DNA from: Tubulanus polymorphus
Taxonomy: Eukaryota; Animalia; Nemertea
Length of the DNA stretch: 64,000 nucleotides
Assembly (NCBI RefSeq): GCF_964204645.1
Contig: NC_134031.1
Span: forward strand, 3,658,001 to 3,722,000
Direction: 5' to 3'
Both the position numbers and the translations under genes were made by a program. Shown here in pieces: positions 51,691-64,000 of the stretch. The notes under the pieces were generated by a model, which did no database searches, was not told the origin of the DNA, and was given only the letters and a program-made list of their open reading frames with translations. Positions within the stretch are counted from its first letter, which is position 1. Each line of letters opens with the position of its first letter.

Positions 51691-53367
51691 AACCACTTCT
51701 CTATAAGCATCAATTTTCGTTAGATAAATCAACAATTGACTTCAATCGCTGGCTGTGCGTGTAGCTGCGGTAATCGAGTCAACGTATTCACTCTCCGATT
51801 GCAAAACACGACGACTACGACGATGACGCCGGGCGGACGGACCGACGGGCAGACGGACGACGCAATCGAATTCAAATCGATTGATCGATCGTTAACCGAC
51901 AGTCGCGGGTCAATAAACCGAACATGTTTTTCGATGTTGTCGAATCATCCATCAAACGCGCGTACACAACGCTCGGGCAGACGGCTTCCCGTGTCAGGCG
52001 AGTTCCCCGCGAGCGCTCGGCGCCGCCGACAAAAAAATTTGCATAAATCTCATTTCAGATAGGTCTTTCGAAGACCTGATTACTCTCGGAGGTAGAACGA
52101 CGACGACGACGACGTTGAGCTTGAAGAATAAAACGACTGCAGCAATGAAATATAACGCGATATTACCGATGAAATACGGAGAGTCGGATTCAATGAACAA
52201 CCGGCGCAACAACACAATCAGTTATACCTGGTGAAAATTAGTTCATTTTCACGAATTCAAAAACATCATTCTCGTCTGCCGAATTGAAATATTATCTAAC
52301 GTGTCATCTGATTGATGATATAAGATTAAATTTTTCGCTCCGAGTGTTTGGTATAGATTCGAATAGATATCGGATTCACTTCTTTCTCATTCGGTGAGAT
52401 TTACTACAGATCTTGAGAATAGATTTTCTCATAAGAGAAATTCATTTGAATTTAATTGAAATGTCACAGATTTCGAAGCGCGATAACTGATAATTTTGAG
52501 GAAGCGTCTGCATGACTTTCATATCCCGATTACAGTAGACTCCTAAATCAGTGCTGTTTATCTTGGGTTTACCAATAATTCAGTGGATTTGTAAGCAATT
52601 ATCATCCTTTCCACTACTAAACTCGGTTTCTAATTCGGTAACTGCCTAATTGGGTAAAGAAAAAAATCCTGGTTTCTAAAAGTATTTCTAATGAAAACAT
52701 TTCTAATCCCCTATTTGTCAAAATGGAAGAAACATTAGGAGTTTCGGGCATTTTGCTCAAACTAAAGGGGTTTTGAAGAACTTTTAAAAGCATTTTCAGT
52801 TTTAGGAGTTTGTCGAGGAGTCGTAGATAGAGACCCTGACTGAGTACCGGCCCTTGAGTCGTACTTTTAGGTGACAAAAAAAAAACAAACAAAAGAAGCG
52901 CACGACAAAAAAACTGACACGAGTCTTCGGATTACCGGGCATGAATTGCGTAATTCTTCGCCGAAAGATCAACCCTATCGTTTTGTCCGTTCTTCTGATC
53001 CCTTTCTTAGAAAACCGAGATACGCGAAGACAAGCGCGCGATATGATAATAATTCCCGAGACAAAAACGGACCGAAGGGAAGAAAGGGCTAGAAAAAAAA
53101 CCCGTTCCGACGACGGCGTATTACGCCTCTTAAATATCCGTACGGAATAATCTAGTCGGTTAATTCCTCGGAGACCCGACGACGAAATCCGGTGAAATCC
53201 AGCAGCGGCGGCGGTGGCAGCGTTCGTTCGCTCGTGCCGTAGGCGGGATATCCGAGCCGGATTAATTACGAGAATATCGGGCCCGCGTTTCCCTCGACGT
53301 AAAAACGGATGCAACGCTTTAAGTCGAAAACCTTTTTCCGAAATGCAGGGAAAAAACGGGAATATCG

Positions 53368-53493
53368 GAACGGCTGCTTGAATACGGGTCGTGGATTCCT
53401 GTGGGACGCGAACGGCTGCTCGAATACGGGTCGTGGATTCCTGTGGGACGCGAACGGCTGCTCGAATACGGGTCGTGGATTCGTGGGACGCGA
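53368..53493. repeat. 42-bp tandem repeat, 3 copies
   Basis: gaacggctgctcgaatacgggtcgtggattcctgtgggacgc. Confidence 0.9.
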
Positions 53494-54731
53494 ATGGAAC
53501 GTTTTCAACCACGTACAAACAACGCAGTTCGATTTCATGAACGCTCTGTTTTTTCGTATTTCTGTAATTTGCGCACAGCGAATCAGGCGGCTAATTCATG
53601 AAATGTCGAATTTTGAATATCGGCGACCTTTGAAATTTGGCGAATAATGAAAACAAATATTTGTCTATGGGGGCTGTTTTTGCATAACCATCTGGATCGC
53701 AGATGGTATTTTAATGATTTAAACAGCCCGTTTTTGGAAAACAGCTTTTTGTACTTTCTGTTATGTAAGTTGTATAAATTATGTACGTTGTGAAAACATA
53801 AAATTTATATCCGGAGTTTATATGAGTTTATATATGACGAATAGATTATTATTAAATCATGCAGCTCCGCAGTGGTCTAAGAGAGTCTTATACTGTCTGA
53901 GCAAGTACCCCTCTGGCATTTGCGCTGTCAAAGCTTAGATTCTAAGTGATTGTTAGCCCATCTTGGTTCCCTAGCAAATCGAACAATTCAAGACCGATCT
54001 TAAGATTAAAGAATACTTTTGAACACTATGCTACTAGTCCCTAGCACTTAGTATTAGAAAAAGATTTCCGCAACCAACTACTAACTAGGCTTAAGTGAGT
54101 TATTACGCAGCATTATGAAAGTTGATGTTACACGTATCGTGAAACTTGGTGACCTTCCAAAATTTCATCAAAAACTTTGACTCATGTCTTAAATCTTAAG
54201 ACTGGTCTTAACTTGTTAGATTGACTATGGAACTCGGATGGTCTTAGACCGGTCTTAAGTCCAAGTCTTGACTATTAGAATCACATGTCCACGTCCACAA
54301 TTTTGGGTTAATATCTGACACTAGGGTTGAAACATCCGAAAATGAACTGATTTGAACTCAAGAATCAAGCTTAAAAAACAAATTAAGGAACCAATTTGCT
54401 TCCACGCTGCCAGCGCTGATGGGAGAAACTTAATCAAAGCGCGGAAAAAAATTCCATATCCATAAATCAAACCATCAATTATCGCTGCATCGAAACATAA
54501 CGTTTTAATCGAATGCATTAGTTCATTCGAGCGGATAGGGTGGCGCTAGTCGTCTCGTCTTGTCGATCTATTAACAATGATTAATACGAAAATACGAGAA
54601 GAAATTTCGAGAATGAACAAAAAAAGAAAATCGGCACGAAAATTTACGGCACGACAACGACGACGACGTTACACACGGTTTCATACGTGCTGCGTAATTA
54701 AACATCGGTTAACAAGTGATCAGAGACGCCA

Positions 54732-55575
54732 AGAGTCGAGCGGGGAGTAGAGCCGGGAGTTGAGCAGAGAGTTGAGCCGGAAGTTGAGCAGAGTCGAGCC
54801 GGAGGTCGAGCAGAGAGTTGAGCCGGAAGTTGAGCGGGGAGTTGAGCGGGGAGTCGAGCAGAGAGTTGAGCAGAGTCGAGCCGGAGGTCGAGCAGAGAGT
54901 CGAGCCGAGAGTTGAGCCGGAAGTTGAGCGGGGAGTCGAGCAGAGTCGAGCAGAGAGTTGAGCAGAGAGTTGAGCAGAGTCGAGCCGGAGGTCGAGCAGA
55001 GAGTCGAGCCGAGAGTTGAGCCGGGAGTTGAGCCGGGAGTTGAGCGGGGAGTCGAGCAGAGTCGAGCAGAGAGTTGAGCAGAGAGTTGAGCAGAGTCGAG
55101 CCGGAGGTCGAGCAGAGAGTTGAGCAGAGAGTTGAGCAGAGTCGAGCCGGAGGTCGAGCAGAGAGTCGAGCCGAGAGTTGAGCAGAGTTGAGCCGGGAGT
55201 TGAGTGGGGAGTTGAGCGGGGAGTCGAGCAGAGAGTTGAGCAGAGTTGAGCAGAGAGTCGAGCCGAGAGTTGAGCAGAGTTGAGCCGGGAGTTGAGCGGG
55301 GAGTTGAGCGGGGAGTCGAGCAGAGTCTAGCAGAGAGTTGAGCGGGGAGTTGAGCAGAGTCGAGCAGAGAGTCGAGCCAGGAGTTGAGCAGGGAGTCGAG
55401 TCGGGAGTTGAGCGGAGAGTCGAGCTGAGTTGAGCGGGGAGTCAAGCCGGGAGTTGAGCGGGGAGTTGAGCAGGGAGTCGAGCGGGGAGTTGAGCCGAGA
55501 TTTGAGCGGAGAGTTGAGCCGGAGGTCGAGCGGGGAGTCGAGCCGGTAGTTGAGCCGAGAGTTGAGCCGGGAGCC
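54732..55575. repeat. Compound 10/12-bp minisatellite (GAGT[TC]GAGC[ACG]G[AG])
   Basis: Directly visible; source of the spurious 307-aa ORF. Confidence 0.95.
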
Positions 55576-58500
55576 AAATTATTATGATACGCTGTAATCA
55601 CTGTATTCACTGCGGTGCTGATACAATTCTTACGTAATAACAAGTTTCTGTTCGTCGAGTGTTCACGAGCGCAGAAAATTATCGCTATTTTTTTTCCGTC
55701 GGTTCGTACGAGAACGGTGTTTTCTTTTGATTATACTCAGCGCTGAGACGCGAGAATCACGGCACAATCAGATCGTTCTATTCTACAACGTAAGACGATA
55801 ACGACTGCTTGTGACAGTGATATGGATACTGGGGGGCGGGTGGTGGGAGGACGGCTGGCGCTGGGGGGAGTATGGTTCGAGGAGATAATGAGAGAACTGC
55901 TCATAATGCATTGCACAACTCGTGCAAAGTTCTTAAATTCATGCCGTAAATAAGTTACTTCACAGTCGTGATTACATTTCCAATTATTTGAACTTGTTGA
56001 GTGGAAATTTTAAACCTCGTCTAATTTCATTTTTAAGTGCAATAATTGAAATATGTTCCTAAAATAGATTATCTAGACGCAGGGAAGCTTCCCTCTATTT
56101 ACTACAGCACGACCACTCGGCGTGACACACTGAAATACGAGACTCCGCAGGTCCTCAGGGGGCTGTCCATATTAGGTCATCGGGTACGAGACGCGATTGT
56201 TTTCCCAGTGAGTTTGATATTCAATTATAATGGGCTACGAAGCGAAATTACCAGCAGTCGCCCATCTGCCACGCGAACGACGAACGAACGGTTGACGATG
56301 TTATTGACAAAGCAATAACTCGATCTACCCTTCATAATTACTACGCTCTAACGCATGCATGCAACGATTATTACTATTACATAATTCTAACACATTTTCA
56401 TGGTAGGACATGGCCCCTATAAAGCCGATGATGGTGGTGGTGGTGTAAATATGTATAGAACAGTCGCCGAATTACACCTTCCCGCTTTCCACGAAGCGTT
56501 CAGTTGAATACAAATGAACGCATTACATAAGCCTGTTTATAAGCTCTCACACTCATGCGTTAGTAGTATTCCATTTTTTTTTTGCAGATCCGTATTTTTT
56601 CGCCAGACACGTACGTACGTATATAGCTTTTGTGAAAGCGGTAATTGCTCTTTACGGACTTGAAAGGAAACGCATGTATGGAGTTAAGTACGCTATGCAG
56701 GTGCGACAATGCTGAGAGAAAAAAAAACAGTTCAATACAGGCCTTCGAACCAAAAATTGATATCAGAAGAGACAAAACAGTCTCAGAGACAAAACAGGAT
56801 CCAGAAACTGCAGTGTCTGAAGCATGGACGTATAAACTGAGTGTCCAAACAAGCCAGAAAGTTTTTTTACGCATTTCTGTTTCATGTTAAGCTTAACTAA
56901 CATTAGCGGTCAACTTGGCTTTCACCTGCGACAATCCCTACAGCTACGCCAACACGTCAAGTTTGTAAGACTGAATGAATCGATGTTAAGAAAGTTTGAT
57001 CGAGCAGAACTGTCACCCGTTTGTTTTCCTACTGACCATATTATCATGTAGAGACTGGGTCCATACAGATCAGTCATTCCTGGATATAAGGAGTTTTTGA
57101 GGAGTTTAAAAGGAGAAAATTTCAAATTTCAAGGTAGTGTCTGTCTGTCTCACTTTAGTACTGAATATCTCGCAACTAAACTCAGATTAGAAATCAGTAA
57201 CTGCCTAATTGGGTGTAAAAAAATCCTGGTCCCAACTGTACTGATTTCTCTGAGAAGAAATACGCGCACAAAAAACAAACATAAGCGAGATGTTCATCGG
57301 GTTCGCTGCGAGCGTCTGAAATATTAATGGCAAATCGCGACACTGCGAAGAAAAAGAAAAGTCTTTCTTCTCGCGCGCCTGATCCCGTATCGAACTGACA
57401 GCACCGAGCGAGCGTGAGCCGGAGAATTGGACCCCAGATGACAATTATTTGATCAACGAATCAACGAATGTTATCTCCTCCTCCGGCTGGTTTTTTCTCC
57501 GAGGAGTACGGGTAGCTACTCCGTCGAGGGAGATGAAAGAAAGATTCACGCGCTCACCGAGAACCAGCTGTCAGTGCTCGCTAGCGCAACAGAGCGCCGT
57601 TGACAATAGCTTCGTCGAGCTACACGCCAATCAGAACCCGAGATTAAAAATCCGGGGTAATAAAAAGCGATTCGAACGCACCTGGCATGTGAGTGATGAT
57701 GATTTGCAAACATATTCCTCAGAGAGCTCGAGAGCGTTCCTCCACGAAGATCGGAAACTTTTTTTATGAATTAAATCGATAATCAGAACCACATGTAAGC
57801 GCTGACAATGGGGAGGATGTCAACTTTTTAGGAACTTTCGAAAAAAAATACCTCAAACGTTAACTAAAGTTTATTCTATCAAACACTACGCAGACTTATC
57901 AATTTTACGCGGTTTTACAAATTTGGTGCAACAGTAGAACGGGTAAAATCCCTTAAAATCATTATCACTTTCTAAGACCACCTAATTTGGTTATAGAAAA
58001 TCCCCGACTGTACCCATTCAGGCATAGTCTACCGTACAACTACAAACTAGACAAAAATCTCTTATTGTCTATCTATCAAAGTTGAAGTTTTAAAGGGGCT
58101 TTGGGCATTCTATTCAAATTAAAGGAGTTTCAAGTACCTTCCAAAGCATTTACGTATATAGAGAGAGAGTTTAGAATCAAGTAGACATAGGACCGCGCTA
58201 AAGTTACAACTATCGATACAACTCCGATGGGCTCGAGGTCAATAGGTAACATCTGAACATCATTTTAATTGATAATGATCTAACTCTTATGTATTCAGGG
58301 ATTCAAAAATTTGAAAACCAAAATTTACGCACAATCGAGGGTTAACTGTATTTGTAATTAAAATAGTCACCTTAACGCGTATTTTCCGAGGAGCTATTTC
58401 TCATTTTATTCTAATGCCCGAAGGGGCAAGAATCTGTAGTATATTAACATAGCGTAGGTAGGGCCGACTACGGGGCACAGTCGGGGTAATGGTATATAGC

Positions 58501-58925
58501 TGCACTAGAGAAATGCCAGCCCTTTATCCCCTCAAACCGAGAACCGAATGACCTTTTCTGCACAATGCCGGCGAGATGTAACCCGCTGTGATGATTGTGG
58601 CTATGTTTTCGTGTTGTGAGTAGTAGACCTCCCATACGCATAATTAACAGAATTCGCTATTTTTATTTCATAGGTTTGCGTTGTAGTTGTGCGTTGTGCT
58701 GGTGACGACGTACTCTGTAGCCAACGGCAAAATCACATAGTTATATCAGTTATACAGCAAACGCATTGTCTCTATAACGTATGTTAATACTCCAGCTCTG
58801 AGATTTCATTTATCTTCGCGTCCAAATGAAGAATACTCAAACTCTATACGAGTTTCCACAGAATATCTCTGAGTAGTAATTAATTTGCTTAGGGAGTATG
58901 GCCACCTGTACGTATCAGGTCATGA

Positions 58926-59153
58926 TCACGATTGGTAGAACACTATCCGTGTTGACGCGATGAGGAGAGAATCCCACAATGATAATAAAAAGTCCGAAAA
59001 TGAAACTTCGAGATAGTAGTTTATTTCAACGTTTCGACTATATCCTATCATTCCTGAAGATGACTATTAGGATATAGTCGAAACGTTGAAATAAACTACT
59101 ATCTCGAAGTTTCATTTTCGGACTTTTTATTATCATTGTGGGATTCTCTCCTC
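58926..59153. mobile_element. Penelope-like remnant: inverted pseudo-LTRs plus tail, with hammerhead core at 59050-59093 (+)
   Basis: TSD GTATCAGGTCATG (58912-58924 and 59154-59166); inverted repeat of about 86 bp (58962-59047 / 59068-59153); CTGAAGA at 59054 and GAAAC at 59080, with stem I truncated. Confidence 0.85.
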
Positions 59154-61869
59154 GTATCAGGTCATGGTTTTGTTTTTATAAGTCATATGATCAATAGATT
59201 ACCTGTGATTGGCTATTGATATATTGAGCGTGTTGCGGGGTTCAGACTGGATGGTACATTGTAGAACTGATATTTCCAATAGGGCCTACTTCTTTGATCG
59301 AAACCAAAACTTCAGGAAATTCACTATTCGCGTTCTATATCTTATTCTTTGGGGAGGATCCTCCCATAAATTCCCATAAAAAGGGAAAAATCAGTCCCGC
59401 TGAAAAATCAGTCTTAGCTACATTTGCACCCCCCCCCAAAAAAATGGAGGCTGCGTACGGACTTGAATCCTAGATATCGGGGTTTTTCCATCCTCACTCA
59501 GCAGGGATTCGAACCTGACAGCATCAGTGAGAGACTGACCTGTCTAGTGAGACAGGGTTTCGTGCCGTTGATGCCATCAGGTCGAGTCCCCGTTGAGGGA
59601 CGACGGCCGTTTTTCTAAATGAAATTGCGACGAAACCGTTTATCTCGAAACGCGCTGTATCGCGATGAATTATACATATACATGAACGTATAAACGACTA
59701 TCAGTAAAGTAGGGGGGGTGCAACAACCGGGTAATAGATCATAAAAAAAAACACCCCGTAGACCGACACAATCGGTAATTCATCATCCCGAACTGCCGTA
59801 CGGGGACCTCGAATATCTCATTTTATCAATCATATCAGCGTTCGGGTAGCGATGAAGAATTAATATCTTTCCGGGCGAATTCGAAGGTATGCGGTTCGCG
59901 ACGGTTCCCCGGTGGTTCGTCGATGGTTCCTCGATCGACCGACGCTCATCAATAGTAAACGCGTGCGTGTATTATCTCGCTAATGGATACGAGACGGAGA
60001 AAAATGAAGTCGTTGCGGCGCGTTCGTGCGCGCGCGTTAACGCCATCCTCGGGGACACGACGATTAACTATAGGACTTCGGATTCAATTAATCACTGATT
60101 CTCGTTTATCCAGATTCAGTTTCAGCGTTGTTGTTTATCGTCGCAGTTTTTAGACTGCTTCGAACACTTATGTAACCCACGTGCTGACGGAAGCCTGTTT
60201 TTGGGTCAGAGGTGAAAATTCCGATTCGTAGTATATCCACTTACCGGGGCATATTGTATCTAGAGTTTAACAATGCTTATATCCTCGGCAAAGATTCAAA
60301 CCTGTTGGCATTGCTGCACTCAGCCCTAGCATGAAACCCTGCCACACTAAAACCTGACCTGACCTTAATCCTGATGCACAGGTTATGCCCCCTTATCCAC
60401 ATGGAAACATCCAGCGCCAAATCAGATTGTTTCTTATAATAGCTACATACATGTGTATTGAATATCCCAGGCTGAAATGGTGAAGCGCATAATTAGCTGC
60501 GCACTGGGGCTAACCAGGCCAGGGCTCATATCAGGCAAGTCTCACAATGCCACTGGGTTTGAATCCTTGCCGAGGGAGGATGCGCTCTTATTGAGCGTTA
60601 TCAACATGTTACCTTCTCTGTATCTTACTAAGCACCATCAGGGCAGCAATAGCAGCTTATTTACGTTAGAGGGATCGCAAAATTCACAGTAGATCAGAGG
60701 TTCGACTCCCATGTGAGGAACTATACTAACTTCCGCCACGGGCACAGTCGACATCTTTGTTCGGTGACAGGTTATCCGAGTTCCCTAAAACCTTTGGAGA
60801 AGAACCATCAACTAACGAACTCTGCACGATTCACTACAGAGATTTCCTCCCGAGGGGCAAGAAAACAGGGGTATAGCGAACGAACGAACAAAAACTGCAG
60901 GTTGCCCGCCGTTAATTGCTGATATTCTTCGAGCTAATCCGTATTAGCAACATATAATTGAATTGTCATGTCGCATGTCTGGAAACGGCTGCAGCGCTGC
61001 TCGAGATATGACTGATGTAGTCGTACCCCTCGCGCCTCTCTCTCTCTCTCTCTCTGACAGAACCGTCGTTGTCGTGGCAAATTAATTTCTGCTCTCAAGA
61101 AACAAAAGCGACGATGAATTGATGATTAATATGCTCTCGCGACTCAGTAATGGCGGTGCTGTTGGTGCTGTTATGGACACGCTGAGTGCTGGTCTGTTAG
61201 CTGTTAACATACTTCTTTTCGACGAGAGATCGTTCAGCGATGAGAATGTCTTGGTTAACGAATGACACCGCAGAAGAAATAACACCGCAAAAAATGCCAC
61301 CAAATTTTGCAAAATCGGAAGAAATGCCGCCAAATTGTACATCATCGGAAATCAGGCCACTGAATTTTGGTACGTTGTAAGAAATGCCATAGGTAAAAAT
61401 GCCACTTATTGCACGGAAGAAAAAAATACCACCAAGAAAAATAGATTAGATTTGGTGGCATTATTTTCATTTACTTCATTTCGTACTCCATCCAATTTTT
61501 CATTTGAAACTGAGCTCCTGGTGTTGAAAATTTGCCCGAGGTTGTTTTTCTTCAGAACCTTATACACGATAACAAGTCACTAGGAGTTAGTCTTTCAAAT
61601 TCTCTTCATGACTTTTAATGAAAATTAAGCGTCAAATATCGGGAATTGCAGCTGATGCCCCGAGCTTTGCGCCGAGTTCCGCCGTATATGTGAATATATG
61701 AAAGACATTTTCAAAAAACACTTGTCAAAAAACGTGTCAAAAAACACTTTTCACCGAGGATAGAAAAAGTGGAATCGCACGTTTCGATTATGATAGAAAA
61801 AGTGGAATCAGCAAAATTAGACCAACCAGATATGAACTAGAGAAAAACATCGCTTCTTTTAACGCAGAA

Positions 61870-62300
61870 GACTTTTACTTCAGACAAACTCAGCCTGAAG
61901 AATATTCACATAAATACAAATAGTGACCAAGTCAAGACTTCCGAAGACTTTTAGTTTGACGACTTAGAAAACATGGCTCCATGCGACCATTTTGAAGAGA
62001 ATTGAACTGAAGTCATCGTAACTTTATTCCATATACAGATGATTTAAACCATCAAGACCTTGGTCCGAAGAATATTGACATTTACAAAACTGTGACCAAC
62101 TTACGACTTTTATAGACTTTTAGTTCGATGACTTAAACGTAATAACATTAATAACATGGCTATCATTTTGAAAAACTATTTAACCAAAGAAATTGTAACT
62201 TTCACAGATGATTTCAACCACCTACAAACTGGGTTTGAAGAATAGCCATATTCTAATACTGTGACTTACAAAGCCTATTAGTTTGATGGCTTGTGAAGGC
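61870..62300. repeat. Old degenerate 170-bp tandem repeat
   Basis: gaagaata recurs at 61897, 62067 and 62237 with aligned downstream motifs (gtgacc, gacttttagtt, catggct, acagatgattt). Confidence 0.7.
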
Positions 62301-64000
62301 AACGGGACCAAAGAAATAGTGACTTTCTTGTTCACACTGATTACACTGACCAAGTCATGACTTAAACACTCAGGATCTTCTATTCGACTGAAGTCTTGAT
62401 TGAAACATGAAAGATGACTTCGATGATTGAAAATCTTAGCCCGGCTTTATTCAACGAATGCCTAGAAAAAGTAATATTCAATCTCGAGACCTGCAGCAAT
62501 TTCCTCGACCCCGGTGAAATATGACGATCTTATCGACGAAAAAAAAAAAAACCCCCAATGAAATATTTGAGTCTCGGCGATCACGACAATGACAACAAAA
62601 AACGATAAGTCAGCTGCGTGATAAATACGAATCCTTGTCAACGTACGAATCGGAAATGATTCGTTTCCCGCGGACGCAAAGCCGTGGATGTGATAGATGC
62701 AGATTTAGCCAATTAATGGACACCATTCATCCCTGCCAATACCATTAACCATCGCGATCATAGTCGCCGATACTCTCCGCATACCTCATTAACTCTTTAG
62801 CGCACGCACGCTACAGCTTCCCGACCGACCGACCGTCCGCTCGCAGGTTTCTGAGCAGCGCAATTCGACCGCAAGTGACAAAAACTCGATTTATCTGCAC
62901 TGACGGAAAAAAGATACGATATGTAGACTCTAGTCTCTAGTCCTTGGCGATTTCAACTGATCATAGACCGTGCTAACATTTATGATTGTTCTATGAACAG
63001 TTGCCACAGGACATCTCTAGTAGGTTATCCAAGTTCCCGTGATCCCACATGGTCCCCACGGGTGCGGCAGATCATATACCATATAATTTCCATACATTTA
63101 AAAAATGCTCCGACTAAATTTATGGGGAATTGGTCTAAAAAAACGCCTTCTTCACTGGGACTGTAATTTATCAAAGCCTAAAAATCCATTATAAGAATAC
63201 CCTACGGCTCTAAAAGAGTGGTAAAAATGTGGTCTAAATAGAGGTGAGCCTTTAATCTAGAATACTGATAGTAATGTTCATCCCATCGATACAACGACAA
63301 ACCGCGCACTCCCCGCATGTTTACAATTCCTGCCTGCGTTGAAGATATCGAGCGAGCGGTTTTTTAATTTACGACTGATCCATCGAAAAACTGAGACGAT
63401 TCGTTTCATCAAAACACTGTCGACGTGTCAGGAAACCAAGTCAGTTATGTCAGCGATGAATTGAGATACTTCATACGACGCACGAGACCCGATGATTGTC
63501 ATCTTTCGACCTTGCAGTCAATTGTAACGAGTACGGTATATACTAATCTGTCGAAACCCTCAGCAGCCCCAGTTTATACGGGAGAACTGCGGGCGGTATC
63601 TATGTCAACCAGATATCGCCCAAGTGACGAGCATACGTATAGACAGATGACATCGAAACAACAAACTTCAAGTTCTGGATTCATAGACAAAATTAAACTT
63701 TGATCTATAAATAGGAATGGTTGTCCATCTATTCGGGCGCATCCCTTCCAAACCCAGCGCACGTGCCGGGAACGAAACATGATCAGTAAAATTAATATTA
63801 CATTTCCAATCTCGAAATGGGAATTGTCCCTCTCGATTGATACTTTTTTTGATATTATTTGAATTCAATTTTGTGCCCCTAATGAACCTGACACAGCTGC
63901 CCGGAATGAAACTGGGTTTAGTTTGAATAAGTTAGTAGACAATTTTGGTTCCAGTTCATCTAAACCTTTTCTTACTAAGTCTAAATCTTAAACATTAACC

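Noticed and set aside
52802-53647. 238-aa ORF and overlapping ORFs
   Set aside because: CpG-rich non-coding block with a 42-bp repeat; no domain or splice support.
54720-55643. 307-aa minus-strand ORF
   Set aside because: Almost entirely the translation of a 10/12-bp minisatellite; no coding signature.
61082-61345. Hydrophobic ORF as possible HS2ST1 exon 1 (transmembrane anchor)
   Set aside because: The hydrophobic part overlaps a degenerate aaatgcc repeat, it ends in a stop with no suitable phase-1 donor, and it lacks convincing HS2ST similarity.

Overview
Eukaryotic, intron-rich and repeat-rich DNA, most consistent with an invertebrate animal; the species cannot be determined from the sequence. 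The window lies mostly inside one minus-strand gene, heparan sulfate 2-O-sulfotransferase (HS2ST1). Four coding exons are present (12325-12404, 11026-11214, 6158-6243, 4606-4744). I found no first (transmembrane) exon, which implies an upstream intron of more than 51 kb, and the 3' exons lie off the left edge. Two recently duplicated genes sit in the HS2ST1 intron at the left end, on the same strand (CDS 110-583 and 2776-3210). Each encodes a secreted protein made of three tandem C-C-CC-C-C knottin-type modules, and the pair shows a toxin-like divergence pattern: identical signal peptide, near-identical flanks, and mostly non-synonymous changes in the loops. The remainder is non-coding. It contains four Penelope-like retroelement insertions with target-site duplications, all carrying minimal hammerhead ribozyme motifs (one with a truncated stem I), several MITE families, many minisatellites (two look tRNA-derived), and a candidate recursive splice site. 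CpG-rich and CpG-depleted blocks appear to alternate with a period of about 1 kb. Most ORFs in the supplied track are spurious.
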